32,000 nucleotides of DNA from Candidatus Saccharimonadota bacterium (GTDB lineage: Bacteria > Patescibacteriota > Saccharimonadia > Saccharimonadales > UBA4665): positions 960,001 through 992,000 of the forward strand of contig OY970322.1 in assembly GCA_963716945.1 (NCBI GenBank), in the 5' to 3' direction. The notes below the pieces were generated by a model. That model was not told the DNA's origin and ran no database searches. It saw nothing but the letters and a program-made list of their open reading frames with translations. Below are positions 23,725 through 31,824 of this stretch, piece after piece. Both the position numbers and the translations under genes were made by a program. Position 1 is the first letter of the stretch; each line of letters opens with the position of its first letter.

Positions 23725-24849
23725 CTATTCTCCTTGTTCAACTGCAACATGAAATCCCACGGTCTCGGAAAACTTGTTCGCAGGCGCCTCGCTATGGTCG
23801 ATGATCGTGCCTAGCGGGTCGGTCGCAACATAGTCATTGAGATGGGTCGTGATCCAGTGTGGGTGAGTTTCATTAATACCAATATTGTGCTTCCAAGTAA
23901 CCGTACCTGGAACCAAGACTAGCCGAGTCGGCGCGGCCGTCAGAACATGGGTTGCCCACTTGACTTCCGGAGCATTGGCAGCCTTGACCGCTACTTGGAC
24001 GACATGATCTCTGGTTTCTTCAGTCTGATCGAGACCAACGGACAGGCGAACATTGATCGCGCTCAGACCGCCGGGGCTGGCGGCATTGACAAAGTAAGCC
24101 TCTAGGGCTAGCTGGTCGCCGGCTTCGGCTACAACCCCTCCTGCTCGATAGGAATGGTCGTGCTTTGTAATATCGGCCGCGTAAAGCAATGCTTCAAGCT
24201 GGGTCTCGTGAGCTGGGACGTGTCTTCGGAGTCCTACGTATTCACCGCCAGTAGTAGGTTTACGCTGGGCGGCGTTTTTGTGACCATTGCTGACCAGGCC
24301 GAGCCAGCCAAGCACAGAAACAGCAATTGCCAACGGAATCGCACCCGCGAGGAGCCAGCGAAGATGTCGCTGAGGCCGGTGACGAGGCTCGTTCTGCTCG
24401 AATCGAACCTGGCCGTCGTCCGGTTGCTGCCGGACCTGAATATCGGCCGCGCGTTCCTCGGCTAGGCGGACAAGATGACCAGCTAGCTGCCTTAGCATCG
24501 GCTTCTCAAGCTCGTCTTCCAGATGCTTGACCGTTACGCCACCGAGTCTGCGTGCGACATCTTCGCGTCGTTGCGAGAGATATCGCCTTTTCGTGGCCGA
24601 AAAGTCCATGAGTTCGGCGACTGCGGGACCATTGAGCTCCCCCATATGTTTGGCGGCCGCTTCAAGTGCCGCCTTGATCTGGTCTGCCACCGGCTGACTA
24701 GGGTCGTCGCTGAGGCGTCGGGCTGCCGCTTCCAAAACGGGCAGCGGGATCTTCTGCGTGCCGCGCCGTACGCCGTATCGCCGGAGAGCTAGCAGCTCGG
24801 CCGCCAGCACCGTCGGATCTAGCTCGGAAGCCGATTCGGCCTTCGTCAT
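23725..24849 (-). CDS. single-pass membrane protein: helical cytoplasmic N-domain, beta-rich C-terminal ectodomain
   Basis: 374 aa. TM helix WLLAGAIPLAIAVSVLGWLGLV at about residue 165. No motif recognised. Confidence 0.7.
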   Translation of the reverse strand: MTKAESASELDPTVLAAELLALRRYGVRRGTQKIPLPVLEAAARRLSDDPSQPVADQIKAALEAAAKHMGELNGPAVAELMDFSATKRRYLSQRREDVARRLGGVTVKHLEDELEKPMLRQLAGHLVRLAEERAADIQVRQQPDDGQVRFEQNEPRHRPQRHLRWLLAGAIPLAIAVSVLGWLGLVSNGHKNAAQRKPTTGGEYVGLRRHVPAHETQLEALLYAADITKHDHSYRAGGVVAEAGDQLALEAYFVNAASPGGLSAINVRLSVGLDQTEETRDHVVQVAVKAANAPEVKWATHVLTAAPTRLVLVPGTVTWKHNIGINETHPHWITTHLNDYVATDPLGTIIDHSEAPANKFSETVGFHVAVEQGE

Positions 24850-24970
24850 GGGTCGGAATCTTAGAAGTACCAGGGAAATGAGGTGTCTTTCCGGTGCTTA
24901 TGGGGTGGTTTTTTGTCGTTTGCTGAGGCTGCCGGTTTTGACTACGACCCATCTCAGGAAGGAAGCCACC

Positions 24971-25261
24971 ATGTCGAACCTCACCTCCCGTCGTTCTTCC
25001 CAGCCCTTTCAGCCCGACAGAACGCTGAACCACCAAGTCGCCGATGCCGAGCGGGTCGGTATCACGGCGGTCGCCCGAATCCAGGCCGGGGCCTTCGCCA
25101 CATCGGTCGCCATGCAGAACGCCTGCATGTTGTCTCGCGCGGCCAACGCCGCGTTCAAGGTCAGCCCGATGGGCGAGGAGGTCTACCAGGCCATCTTTAC
25201 GGCCTACGGGACGCTGGCGATCACCGAGATCCAGGGCCTCAGCTTCCGGGGGCGATCCTGA
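24971..25261 (+). CDS. hypothetical protein (96 aa)
   Basis: ATG preceded by GGAAGGAAG. It is the 3' part of track ORF 24758..25261. Its stop shares a base with the next start (TGATG). Confidence 0.55.
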   Translation: MSNLTSRRSSQPFQPDRTLNHQVADAERVGITAVARIQAGAFATSVAMQNACMLSRAANAAFKVSPMGEEVYQAIFTAYGTLAITEIQGLSFRGRS

Positions 25262-25494
25262 TGGCTGTTGTCGAGTCGTTTCCCGTGGCGTTTGGCGTGA
25301 TCGTGCTCGCACTGGTCGTAATCGGTGCCCTCGCAGGGCTATCCCCTGACTCTCCAGGCGATGATCGGGCCGCCCCCTACCGCGAAGGACTTCATGCGGC
25401 TAACCGCATCCAGAGGGTCGCTCAAGACTTTGAGCAGCAGATTTACGCCGAGGCGGCGCGGCAGATCGAACGAGACCAGGGAGATCGGCCCTGA
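25261..25494 (+). CDS. small N-terminally anchored membrane protein (77 aa)
   Basis: MAVVESFPVAFGVIVLALVVIGALAGL... It is coupled to both neighbours by TGATG overlaps. Confidence 0.55.
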   Translation: MAVVESFPVAFGVIVLALVVIGALAGLSPDSPGDDRAAPYREGLHAANRIQRVAQDFEQQIYAEAARQIERDQGDRP

Positions 25495-26045
25495 TGCACA
25501 ACCAGTCGTCGATCGCCGCGCCTCAATCGCCGGGTTTTCGGCACGAGCGCTCGCGGGGAGCGTCGGTGGAGTGGTACACGCCGCCCGAGGTCTTTCGGGC
25601 GCTCGGCATCTCGTTTGACCTTGACCCGGCAGCTCCGGCTGGTGGTTTGTCATGGGTGCCGGCCAAGCGTTTCCTCAGCCGAGCTGATGACGGCCTCGCC
25701 CAACCCTGGCAGGGCCGGGTGTGGCTGAACCCGCCCTATGGCCGGGAAGTGAATCGTTGGCTCGACCGTTTGGCGCTGCACGGCGACGGCTTGGCTTTGG
25801 TGTTCGCGCGCACGGACACCCGCTGGTATCAGGCGGTTGTGCGACGGGCGACCGCGATTTGCTTCATTGCTGGGCGTCTGTCATTCGTCGGGGCGAACGG
25901 AGTGCCGGTCGGCAGCGCTGGCGCGCCGTCGGTCCTGCTGGCCTTCGGGTTGCCTTGTGCGCTAGCAGTGAGTGAGTCACGGCTGGGACAAACCCTGATC
26001 TTGCCCCGTGAAGTACGACGAGAAAGACCGGGAGGTAAATCCTAA
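25494..26045 (+). CDS. DNA N6-adenine methyltransferase, phage Dam-like family (orphan)
   Basis: 183 aa. VEWYTPPEVFRALGISFDLDPAA, then WLNPPYGREVNRWL (NPPY catalytic motif), then FARTDTRWYQ. No cognate endonuclease is adjacent. Confidence 0.8.
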   Translation: MHNQSSIAAPQSPGFRHERSRGASVEWYTPPEVFRALGISFDLDPAAPAGGLSWVPAKRFLSRADDGLAQPWQGRVWLNPPYGREVNRWLDRLALHGDGLALVFARTDTRWYQAVVRRATAICFIAGRLSFVGANGVPVGSAGAPSVLLAFGLPCALAVSESRLGQTLILPREVRRERPGGKS

Positions 26046-26215
26046 TGCACGACAACCACAAGCAGATAGAGCGCGTCGTGATTGGTCTGGTCGCCTCGGC
26101 CATCAGCATCAACGTGTTGGCAACCGAGCTGCCGCGTGTCATGCCGTATCTCGTCGGCTTGGCTGTGATCTACGTCATCGTCCGGCTTGTTCTGTTTCAC
26201 ACCCGGAATTGGTGA
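26045..26215 (+). CDS. small two-helix membrane peptide (56 aa)
   Basis: MHDNHKQIERVVIGLVASAISINVLATELPRVMPYLVGLAVIYVIVRLVLFHTRNW. Its ATG shares a base with the methyltransferase TAA. Confidence 0.45.
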   Translation: MHDNHKQIERVVIGLVASAISINVLATELPRVMPYLVGLAVIYVIVRLVLFHTRNW

Positions 26216-26456
26216 AAGTTCAGGGGTGATTCCTCTTGTGGTAGGGCTAGTCGTGTCGGTGTTGTGAAATGCACAGAGGGCATTGACTGATTCGCATAAT
26301 CATTATTCAATAGTCATCCTCCCGGTACAGCCGTAAGCGGTACACGGTTTGGTTTTGGTGACGGGCTTGGCCCGTCAAGCAGGAATTAGCCTCTAGTGGG
26401 GCTTGGCCTTCTGCGTGCCAAAATCCGGCCCGGCAGGGAGAGGAAGGAGGTTCACT

Positions 26457-26684
26457 ATGAGTAGAACCTATCATCATGGCGAACGTCGGATTCGAGTCCG
26501 GGGTGTGCGCCGCCCGGCTGACTTGCGCCGTTTGGCGCGGGCACTAATTGAGCTGGAGTATCAGCAAGCCCAGGCCGAGGCGGAAGCCGAAGCCGAGGCG
26601 CAGCACCGGAAGGAGTCGGAAGCCAAGCGTGGTCAGCAGCGCGGTAGTGACGGCGTGGCCGGTACTGAGCGGGGCGGCGCGTGA
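26457..26684 (+). CDS. small basic protein with (EA)n repeat, first gene of the transfer operon
   Basis: 75 aa from ATG 26457, which lies 6 nt after GGAAGGAGG (the track's longer start lacks an RBS). MSRTYHHGERRIRVRGVRRPADLRRLARALIELEYQQAQAEAEAEAEAQ... GTGA overlap with the next gene. Confidence 0.6.
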   Translation: MSRTYHHGERRIRVRGVRRPADLRRLARALIELEYQQAQAEAEAEAEAQHRKESEAKRGQQRGSDGVAGTERGGA

Positions 26685-28837
26685 AGCTGGCGTGGTATCA
26701 ACTGCACTGGCCGCGCGAGGTCGAGCCTGAGCAGGTAGCCCAAGCCTTTCGGCTGCTGGCGACGGCCGCCGGTAGTCCGGTCGTCATTGAAGCGCTCGGT
26801 TCGCCCGGTGCAGTCGAGCATCGTCTGGCCTTGCCAGCCAGTCGGGCCGAGAGCGTGGCTGACCAGCTCCGAGCTGCCATCCCTGGCCTTGCGGTCGAAG
26901 CCGTCGGCGAGCGACCGGCGCTGAACGTCACGCGAGCGGTGGAGCTGCGGGCAACTACCAAACGCCGGCCGCTGCGCACCGACGACATGGCCGGCGTCAG
27001 TCGGGCGATACTGACGGCGCTGGCGCACTTGCGCCGGGGTGAGCGGCTGACTGTCCAGTGGGTGCTCGGCCGTCCGCTCGCGGCAATGGTCGTGCCGAAT
27101 CACCTGGACAGTTTGCCGCCTGAGTCGTGGCTGGCGGCGCTGTTGCTGGCTCCGTTCGCGCCATCGCAAGCGGCCGATGGCGAGCTGCGTAACGCGCTGC
27201 GGGCCAAGCAGGCCGAGCCGGGCTGGCAGGCTGTGGGGCGGGTGGCCGTCAAGGCCAAAACGGTTAGCCGTGAGCGGCAGCTCATCCGGCAGGTGGTCGG
27301 CGCCTTGCGCAGCGCCGAAGCGCCCGGTGTCAGCTTGCGGGTCTGCTCGACCAGCGCCAGCCGGGTGATCGGGGTGAACGTGCCGCGTTGGCTGTGGCGG
27401 CTGCGCTTGAACGCCAGCGAGCTAGCGACCGTCTCGGCGTGGCCGGTCGGCTTGACCGGCGAGTTGCCGGTGGAGATGAGCCCGAGCCGGCTGGTAGCTC
27501 CTTCGGCTGCTGTCCCTAGAGCTGGGCGAGTGGTTGCGACAGCGACCTTTCCTGGCCGAGAGCGTCCGCTGGCGCTCGCGCCTGCCGATTCGCTGCGGCA
27601 TCTGCACGCCCTCGGGCCGACGGGTTCAGGTAAGTCAACGCTGTTGCTCAACCTCATCGTGCAGGACATGGCGGCTGGCCGAGCGGTCGTCGTCATTGAG
27701 CCCAAAGGCGACCTGATCGCCGACGTGCTGGAGCGTGTCCCGCCGAGTCGTCTCGCTGACGTGGTGCTGCTTGATCCGACCGACACCGCGCGGCCGGTCG
27801 GACTCAATCCGCTGGCGCTCGGCGGGCGGTCGCCAGAGCTGGCAGCCGATCAACTGCTCGGCTTGTTTCACTCGCTGTACGCCGCGCATTGGGGGCCAAG
27901 GACGCACGACATTCTCGGTGCTTCCCTGCTGACACTGGCCCGGCTGCCCGGCATGACCTTGGCGGCGCTGCCGCTCTTGCTGACGGATGCCGGTTTTCGG
28001 CGGCGCGTCTTGCCGGGCGTGGTCGATCCGATTGGCCTGGGGCCGTTCTGGAGCGCCTACGAGGCGTGGAGCGAGGCCGAGCGGGCGGCGGCCATCGCGC
28101 CGGTTATGAACAAGTTGCGCCCGTTGTTGCTACGGCCGGAACTGCGGGCCATCATCGGCCAGAGTCGGCGGAGCTTTGACCTGCGGCGGGTCTTCACCGA
28201 GCGCAAGCTACTGCTGGTCAACCTCAGCAAGGGGCTGCTCGGGCCGGAGACTTCGGGCCTGCTGGGGAGCCTGGTTGTCTCGCAGCTCTGGCAGGCGATT
28301 CTCGGGCGGACAGCCATATCACCAGAGCGCCGCCATCCGGTCTTCGTCTACGTTGATGAGTTCCAGGACTACCTGCGCTTGCCGCTCGACCTGGCCGACG
28401 CGCTGGCACAGGCGCGAGGCTTGGGCGTCGGCTTCGTCGTAGCCCACCAGTACATGCACCAGCTCGACCCGGCGATGCGCTCGGCGGTGCTCGCCAACGC
28501 GCAGAGTCGCGTGGCCTTCCGGCTGCCGAGCGAGGACGCACGCAGCATCGCGGCCGACAGTGCCCTGACGGCTGAGGACTTCCAAAGCCTCGGGGCCTTC
28601 CAGTGCTATGCGCAGCTCGTCGCTGGCGCGGCCGTCCAGCCGTGGTGCAGCGCCGCGACCGTGCTGCCCGGCGGCCCGGTCAGCGATCCGGCAGCCGTTC
28701 GCAATGTCTCGCGCCGCGCCTACGGCGTTGATCGAGCCGAGATTGAGGCCGACCTCCAGGAGCTGTTCCTCGGCCGCCGCCAGTCAACCGGCGATGACCT
28801 TGCGCCGCGGCGGCGGAATCATGGGGGTGCGGTATGA
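26681..28837 (+). CDS. VirD4/TraD-like type IV coupling-protein-family ATPase
   Basis: 718 aa. Walker A LGPTGSGKSTLLLN, Walker B VFVYVDEFQDY, and C-terminal AHQYMHQL...NAQSRVAFRL. The ~300-aa N-terminal domain has no TM helix. Confidence 0.8.
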   Translation: MKLAWYQLHWPREVEPEQVAQAFRLLATAAGSPVVIEALGSPGAVEHRLALPASRAESVADQLRAAIPGLAVEAVGERPALNVTRAVELRATTKRRPLRTDDMAGVSRAILTALAHLRRGERLTVQWVLGRPLAAMVVPNHLDSLPPESWLAALLLAPFAPSQAADGELRNALRAKQAEPGWQAVGRVAVKAKTVSRERQLIRQVVGALRSAEAPGVSLRVCSTSASRVIGVNVPRWLWRLRLNASELATVSAWPVGLTGELPVEMSPSRLVAPSAAVPRAGRVVATATFPGRERPLALAPADSLRHLHALGPTGSGKSTLLLNLIVQDMAAGRAVVVIEPKGDLIADVLERVPPSRLADVVLLDPTDTARPVGLNPLALGGRSPELAADQLLGLFHSLYAAHWGPRTHDILGASLLTLARLPGMTLAALPLLLTDAGFRRRVLPGVVDPIGLGPFWSAYEAWSEAERAAAIAPVMNKLRPLLLRPELRAIIGQSRRSFDLRRVFTERKLLLVNLSKGLLGPETSGLLGSLVVSQLWQAILGRTAISPERRHPVFVYVDEFQDYLRLPLDLADALAQARGLGVGFVVAHQYMHQLDPAMRSAVLANAQSRVAFRLPSEDARSIAADSALTAEDFQSLGAFQCYAQLVAGAAVQPWCSAATVLPGGPVSDPAAVRNVSRRAYGVDRAEIEADLQELFLGRRQSTGDDLAPRRRNHGGAV

Positions 28838-29163
28838 GTGCCTGTCGTGTCGCTCGTCGCATCGCGTCGATGACGCTGCCGGCAAACGCCCGTAGTAACG
28901 CCGTAAACGCCCGCACTTTGGCAACGAAAGTCTTTGACTGTTGTTGTCACCTTTTTCTGCCTGGGTGCGGCGGGCAGATCCCGGCCGGGGTGCTGCGGCG
29001 GGCGGTCGGGCTGCTCGATAGCGGCGAGTGCCTGTCAGCGGGGGTGGCGCTGTTCCCCCGGCAGGGGAGCGCCCGTCGCGTCGGGTGCTCGGTGACGCCT
29101 GCGGCAACACCTTTCATGACTGTCTGTTTGGTAACGAAAGGAAAGAATGGAGATAAAGGATGA
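28834..29163 (+). CDS. Cys-rich hypothetical protein (109 aa)
   Basis: No motif and an odd composition. However, both ends are exact ATGA overlaps with the flanking genes (28834..28837 and 29160..29163), and third-position GC is high, as in its neighbours. Confidence 0.4.
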   Translation: MSACRVARRIASMTLPANARSNAVNARTLATKVFDCCCHLFLPGCGGQIPAGVLRRAVGLLDSGECLSAGVALFPRQGSARRVGCSVTPAATPFMTVCLVTKGKNGDKG

Positions 29164-29978
29164 GACGGGCGATGCCCGTGCGTCCTTATATGTCGGGGAG
29201 GGGGCTCCGGCAAACGCGCGAGCGTCTGTCGGCACGGGACTTGGGCATCATCCGGCAGGTGGCCGAGCTGCGGCTGATGAGCGCCCGCCAGATTCAGGCC
29301 GTCCACTTCCCCGCCATCGAGCACGACAACGAGCAGGCCGCCACTCGCGCCCGACAGCGAGTCTTGGAGCGACTGACGCGCGAGCGGCTGCTGATCCGGC
29401 TGGATCGTCGCATCGGCGGTGTTCGGGCCGGTTCGGCCGGTTTCGTGCTGGCGCTCGGGCCAATCGGGCAGCGCGTACTGGCAGTCGGGCCAAGGCGTCG
29501 CGCCTACGAACCGACGCTGCGGTTTGTCGATCACACGCTCGCCATCGCCCAGCTCGTCGTAGACCTGACGGTCGCCTCGCGCCGGGGCGTGCTCGACCTG
29601 TTGGCCTTTGAGGCCGAGCCTCGAAGCTGGCGGGAGTTCGGAGTCATCGGCGGGCGGCGCTTGCTGCGACCCGATGCGTTCCTAGTGCTCGGCAGCGGCG
29701 ATTATGAGCTGCGCTGGTTCATCGAGGTAGACAGGAGTAGCGAGAGCCTGCCGGTGATCGTGCGCAAGTGTCGCCTGTACGCCGACTACTACCAGTCGGG
29801 CAAAGAGCAAGCCGCGCACGGCGGGGTGTTCCCGCGCGTCTGCTGGATCGTGCCGGATGACAGGCGCGCGGAGAAATTGCGCCAAGCCATTGCCCGTGAT
29901 CGCACGTTGCCCGAGGGGCTATTTATGGTGACAGCTACGGGCGTGGCGCTCACTGTTTTGCGAGAGGTAAAAGTGTGA
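29160..29978 (+). CDS. replication-relaxation family protein
   Basis: 272 aa. N-terminal LSARDLGIIRQVAELRLMSARQIQAVHFP and later RPDAFLVL...WFIEVDRSSESL are typical of the family found on actinobacterial-type plasmids and ICEs (recognised from memory). Confidence 0.8.
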   Translation: MRRAMPVRPYMSGRGLRQTRERLSARDLGIIRQVAELRLMSARQIQAVHFPAIEHDNEQAATRARQRVLERLTRERLLIRLDRRIGGVRAGSAGFVLALGPIGQRVLAVGPRRRAYEPTLRFVDHTLAIAQLVVDLTVASRRGVLDLLAFEAEPRSWREFGVIGGRRLLRPDAFLVLGSGDYELRWFIEVDRSSESLPVIVRKCRLYADYYQSGKEQAAHGGVFPRVCWIVPDDRRAEKLRQAIARDRTLPEGLFMVTATGVALTVLREVKV

Positions 29979-30021
29979 AACGGTCCTTTACTCGTATGGT
30001 GAATGTAGTACACTTAACAAC

Positions 30022-31770
30022 ATGCAGGCTGTATCAGTTCAACGGGATAGGAGACACGTATCGATGGCTCTGAGTACGCACGCTGACAATCCCGATGGAG
30101 CTGCGGCCGTCATCTACCTGCGGGTATCGAGCAAGGAGCAAGCCGAAAAGGGCGGCGAAGCCGAGGGATTCTCGATCCCCGCGCAACGCGAGGGCTGCAA
30201 GCGCAAGGCGCAGAGCCTAGACGCGGTAGTCATCGAGGAGTTCGTCGAGCGCGGCGAGTCGGCCAAGACGGCTGACCGACCCGAGTTGCAACGGCTACTT
30301 GCCTACCTCGCCGAGCATCCTGTCAAGTACGTCATCGTCCACAAGGTTGACCGACTGGCGCGCAACAGGGCCGATGACGTAGCGATCAACATGGCGATTC
30401 GGCAGGCCGGGGCCGAGCTGGTGTCCGTCTCCGAGAACATCGACCAAACGCCATCGGGTCTACTGCTGCACGGCATCATGGCCTCGATCAGCGAGTTCTA
30501 CAGCCGCAACTTGGCGACGGAGGTCATCAAGGGCACCACGCAGAAGGCCAAGAACGGCGGCACGCCGGGTCGTGCGCCGATCGGCTATCTGAACGTGCGG
30601 GGCATGATCGAGGGCCGCGAAGTCCGTACCGTCGAGGTCGATCCGGTGCGCGGGCCGCTGATGGCGTGGGCGTTCGAGGCGTATGCGACCGGCGAGTGGA
30701 CAATCCGGCGTCTACTGGCTGAGCTGACCGCCCGAGGCTTGACGACGGCACCGGGCCGAAAGAATCCGGGCCGGCCAGTGGTCGTCTCGCACCTGCATAC
30801 GCTACTGCGCAACCCGTACTACATGGGCATGGTGCGCTACCGGGGAGCGGTCTACGTAGGCAAGCACGAGCCGCTCGTCACGCCCGCCATTTGGCATGAA
30901 GTCCAGAGCATCTTGAGCGCGAAGTACCTAACCGGGGAGAAGGATCGGGAGCACCCGCACTACTTGAAGGGCAGCATCTACTGCGGCCAGTGCGGCGCTC
31001 GCCTGATTGTCAATCGAGCCAAAGGCAACGGCGGCAGCTACATGTACTTCGTCTGTGGCGGACGACAGCGCGACCCGGCAAGCTGCCAGTTCCGGGCGGC
31101 ACGGATCGAGCAGGTCGAGGCTGCCGTCGTCGCCTGCTACGCGACTGTGCAGCTTCCCGAGGATGAGGTTGCACGACTGCGTACCTTCTTGGGTCAAGAG
31201 CTGGCGAAGCTTCGCAGCGACTCCGAGCGTGAACGGGACGAGCAGGAGCGCCGACTGCGAGGACTCCAGGGCGAACGCGAGAAGCTGCTCCAAGCCCACT
31301 ACGCCGATGCGATCCCGCTCGACCTTCTCAAGCGCGAGCAAGACCGCCTCACGACAGCTATAGCCAACGCCGAAGGTCGGCTGGCTGCCATCACCGCCGA
31401 CCTCAAGGCGGCCGATGCAAATATGCACAAGGCCCTGACCCGAGCCGGCGACTGCCAGACCGCTTACGACGAAGCCGCCGACCGGCTGCGCCGGCAATTC
31501 AATCTGACCTTCTTCAAGCGCCTCGTCGTCTACGACTCCAGCAACGTCTCCGCCGAGCTGGCCGAACCTTGGGACATCATCCTCGGAGAGGAGCTGCGAC
31601 GGGCAGTCGCCGCACAAGAGGCCGAAAGCCTCAAAGACGCCATTGAACACGCCAAGCGCGAGCACGCACGACGCCCACGCGGGCCAATCGCAGGCAAGAC
31701 GACAACCGCCGCCCCTGATTGGGGCGGCGGTTGGAGTCCGAACATGATGGTGCGGGTGAGGGGACTCTAA
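30022..31770 (+). CDS. large serine recombinase (integrase)
   Basis: 582 aa (568 if ATG 30064 is used). Resolvase catalytic domain AVIYLRVSSKEQ...VHKVDRLARN, a recombinase domain, the zinc-ribbon CGQCGARL...FVCGG, and a long coiled-coil tail. The last 23 nt overlap tRNA-Gly. Confidence 0.9.
   Translation: MQAVSVQRDRRHVSMALSTHADNPDGAAAVIYLRVSSKEQAEKGGEAEGFSIPAQREGCKRKAQSLDAVVIEEFVERGESAKTADRPELQRLLAYLAEHPVKYVIVHKVDRLARNRADDVAINMAIRQAGAELVSVSENIDQTPSGLLLHGIMASISEFYSRNLATEVIKGTTQKAKNGGTPGRAPIGYLNVRGMIEGREVRTVEVDPVRGPLMAWAFEAYATGEWTIRRLLAELTARGLTTAPGRKNPGRPVVVSHLHTLLRNPYYMGMVRYRGAVYVGKHEPLVTPAIWHEVQSILSAKYLTGEKDREHPHYLKGSIYCGQCGARLIVNRAKGNGGSYMYFVCGGRQRDPASCQFRAARIEQVEAAVVACYATVQLPEDEVARLRTFLGQELAKLRSDSERERDEQERRLRGLQGEREKLLQAHYADAIPLDLLKREQDRLTTAIANAEGRLAAITADLKAADANMHKALTRAGDCQTAYDEAADRLRRQFNLTFFKRLVVYDSSNVSAELAEPWDIILGEELRRAVAAQEAESLKDAIEHAKREHARRPRGPIAGKTTTAAPDWGGGWSPNMMVRVRGL
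31747..31754. repeat. right copy of 8-bp direct repeat ATGGTGCG
   Basis: Covers the CCA end and the last acceptor-stem bases of tRNA-Gly. Identical to 17250..17257. Confidence 0.3.
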
Positions 31771-31824
31771 CCCCTGGCCTCGTCCTTGGCAAGGACGCGC
31801 TCTAAACAACTGAGCTACACCCGC
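31748..31824 (-). tRNA. tRNA-Gly(GCC), CCA encoded, unusual D/T loops
   Basis: Reverse complement GCGGGTGTAGCTCAGTTGTTTAGAGCGCGTCCTTGCCAAGGACGAGGCCAGGGGTTAGAGTCCCCTCACCCGCACCA. All four stems pair. Anticodon loop TTGCCAA. The D loop is AGTTGTTTA (no GG) and the T loop is TTAGAGT (A at position 56). Confidence 0.8.

Larger units (their letters stand above)
17250..31754. mobile_element. integrated mobilisable element (~14.5 kb) at the 3' end of tRNA-Gly(GCC), carrying a Qat-type defence operon
   Basis: GC jumps sharply at about 17.12 kb. A large serine recombinase gene sits at the right end and reads into the tRNA. Replication-relaxation and T4CP-like genes are present. RBS and coupling style differ from the backbone. 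The 8-bp ATGGTGCG is found at both proposed ends. Exact ends are tentative. Confidence 0.6.

Noticed and set aside
26568-26603. GCC-GAR hexanucleotide tandem repeat
   Set aside because: It is in frame and encodes the AQAEAEAEAEAEAQ low-complexity stretch of the 75-aa protein. It is not a CRISPR array or an intergenic VNTR.
27100-27807. Long antisense ORFs inside island genes (this one, and also 24698..25312, 20385..20969, 28947..29534 and 30928..31809)
   Set aside because: They are expected by-products of about 65-70% GC (few stop codons). All are Arg/Pro/Ser/Ala-rich and lie opposite ORFs with clear catalytic motifs.
28917-29140. TTGGCAACGAAAG / TTGGTAACGAAAG repeat (12/13) and AAACGCCCG repeats between the T4CP and replication-relaxation genes, considered as an oriT
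   Set aside because: The whole interval is covered by an ORF bounded by ATGA overlaps at both ends, and both 13-mers are in frame (LATK / LVTK). The evidence for a DNA site is too thin, although oriT inside a gene is not excluded.
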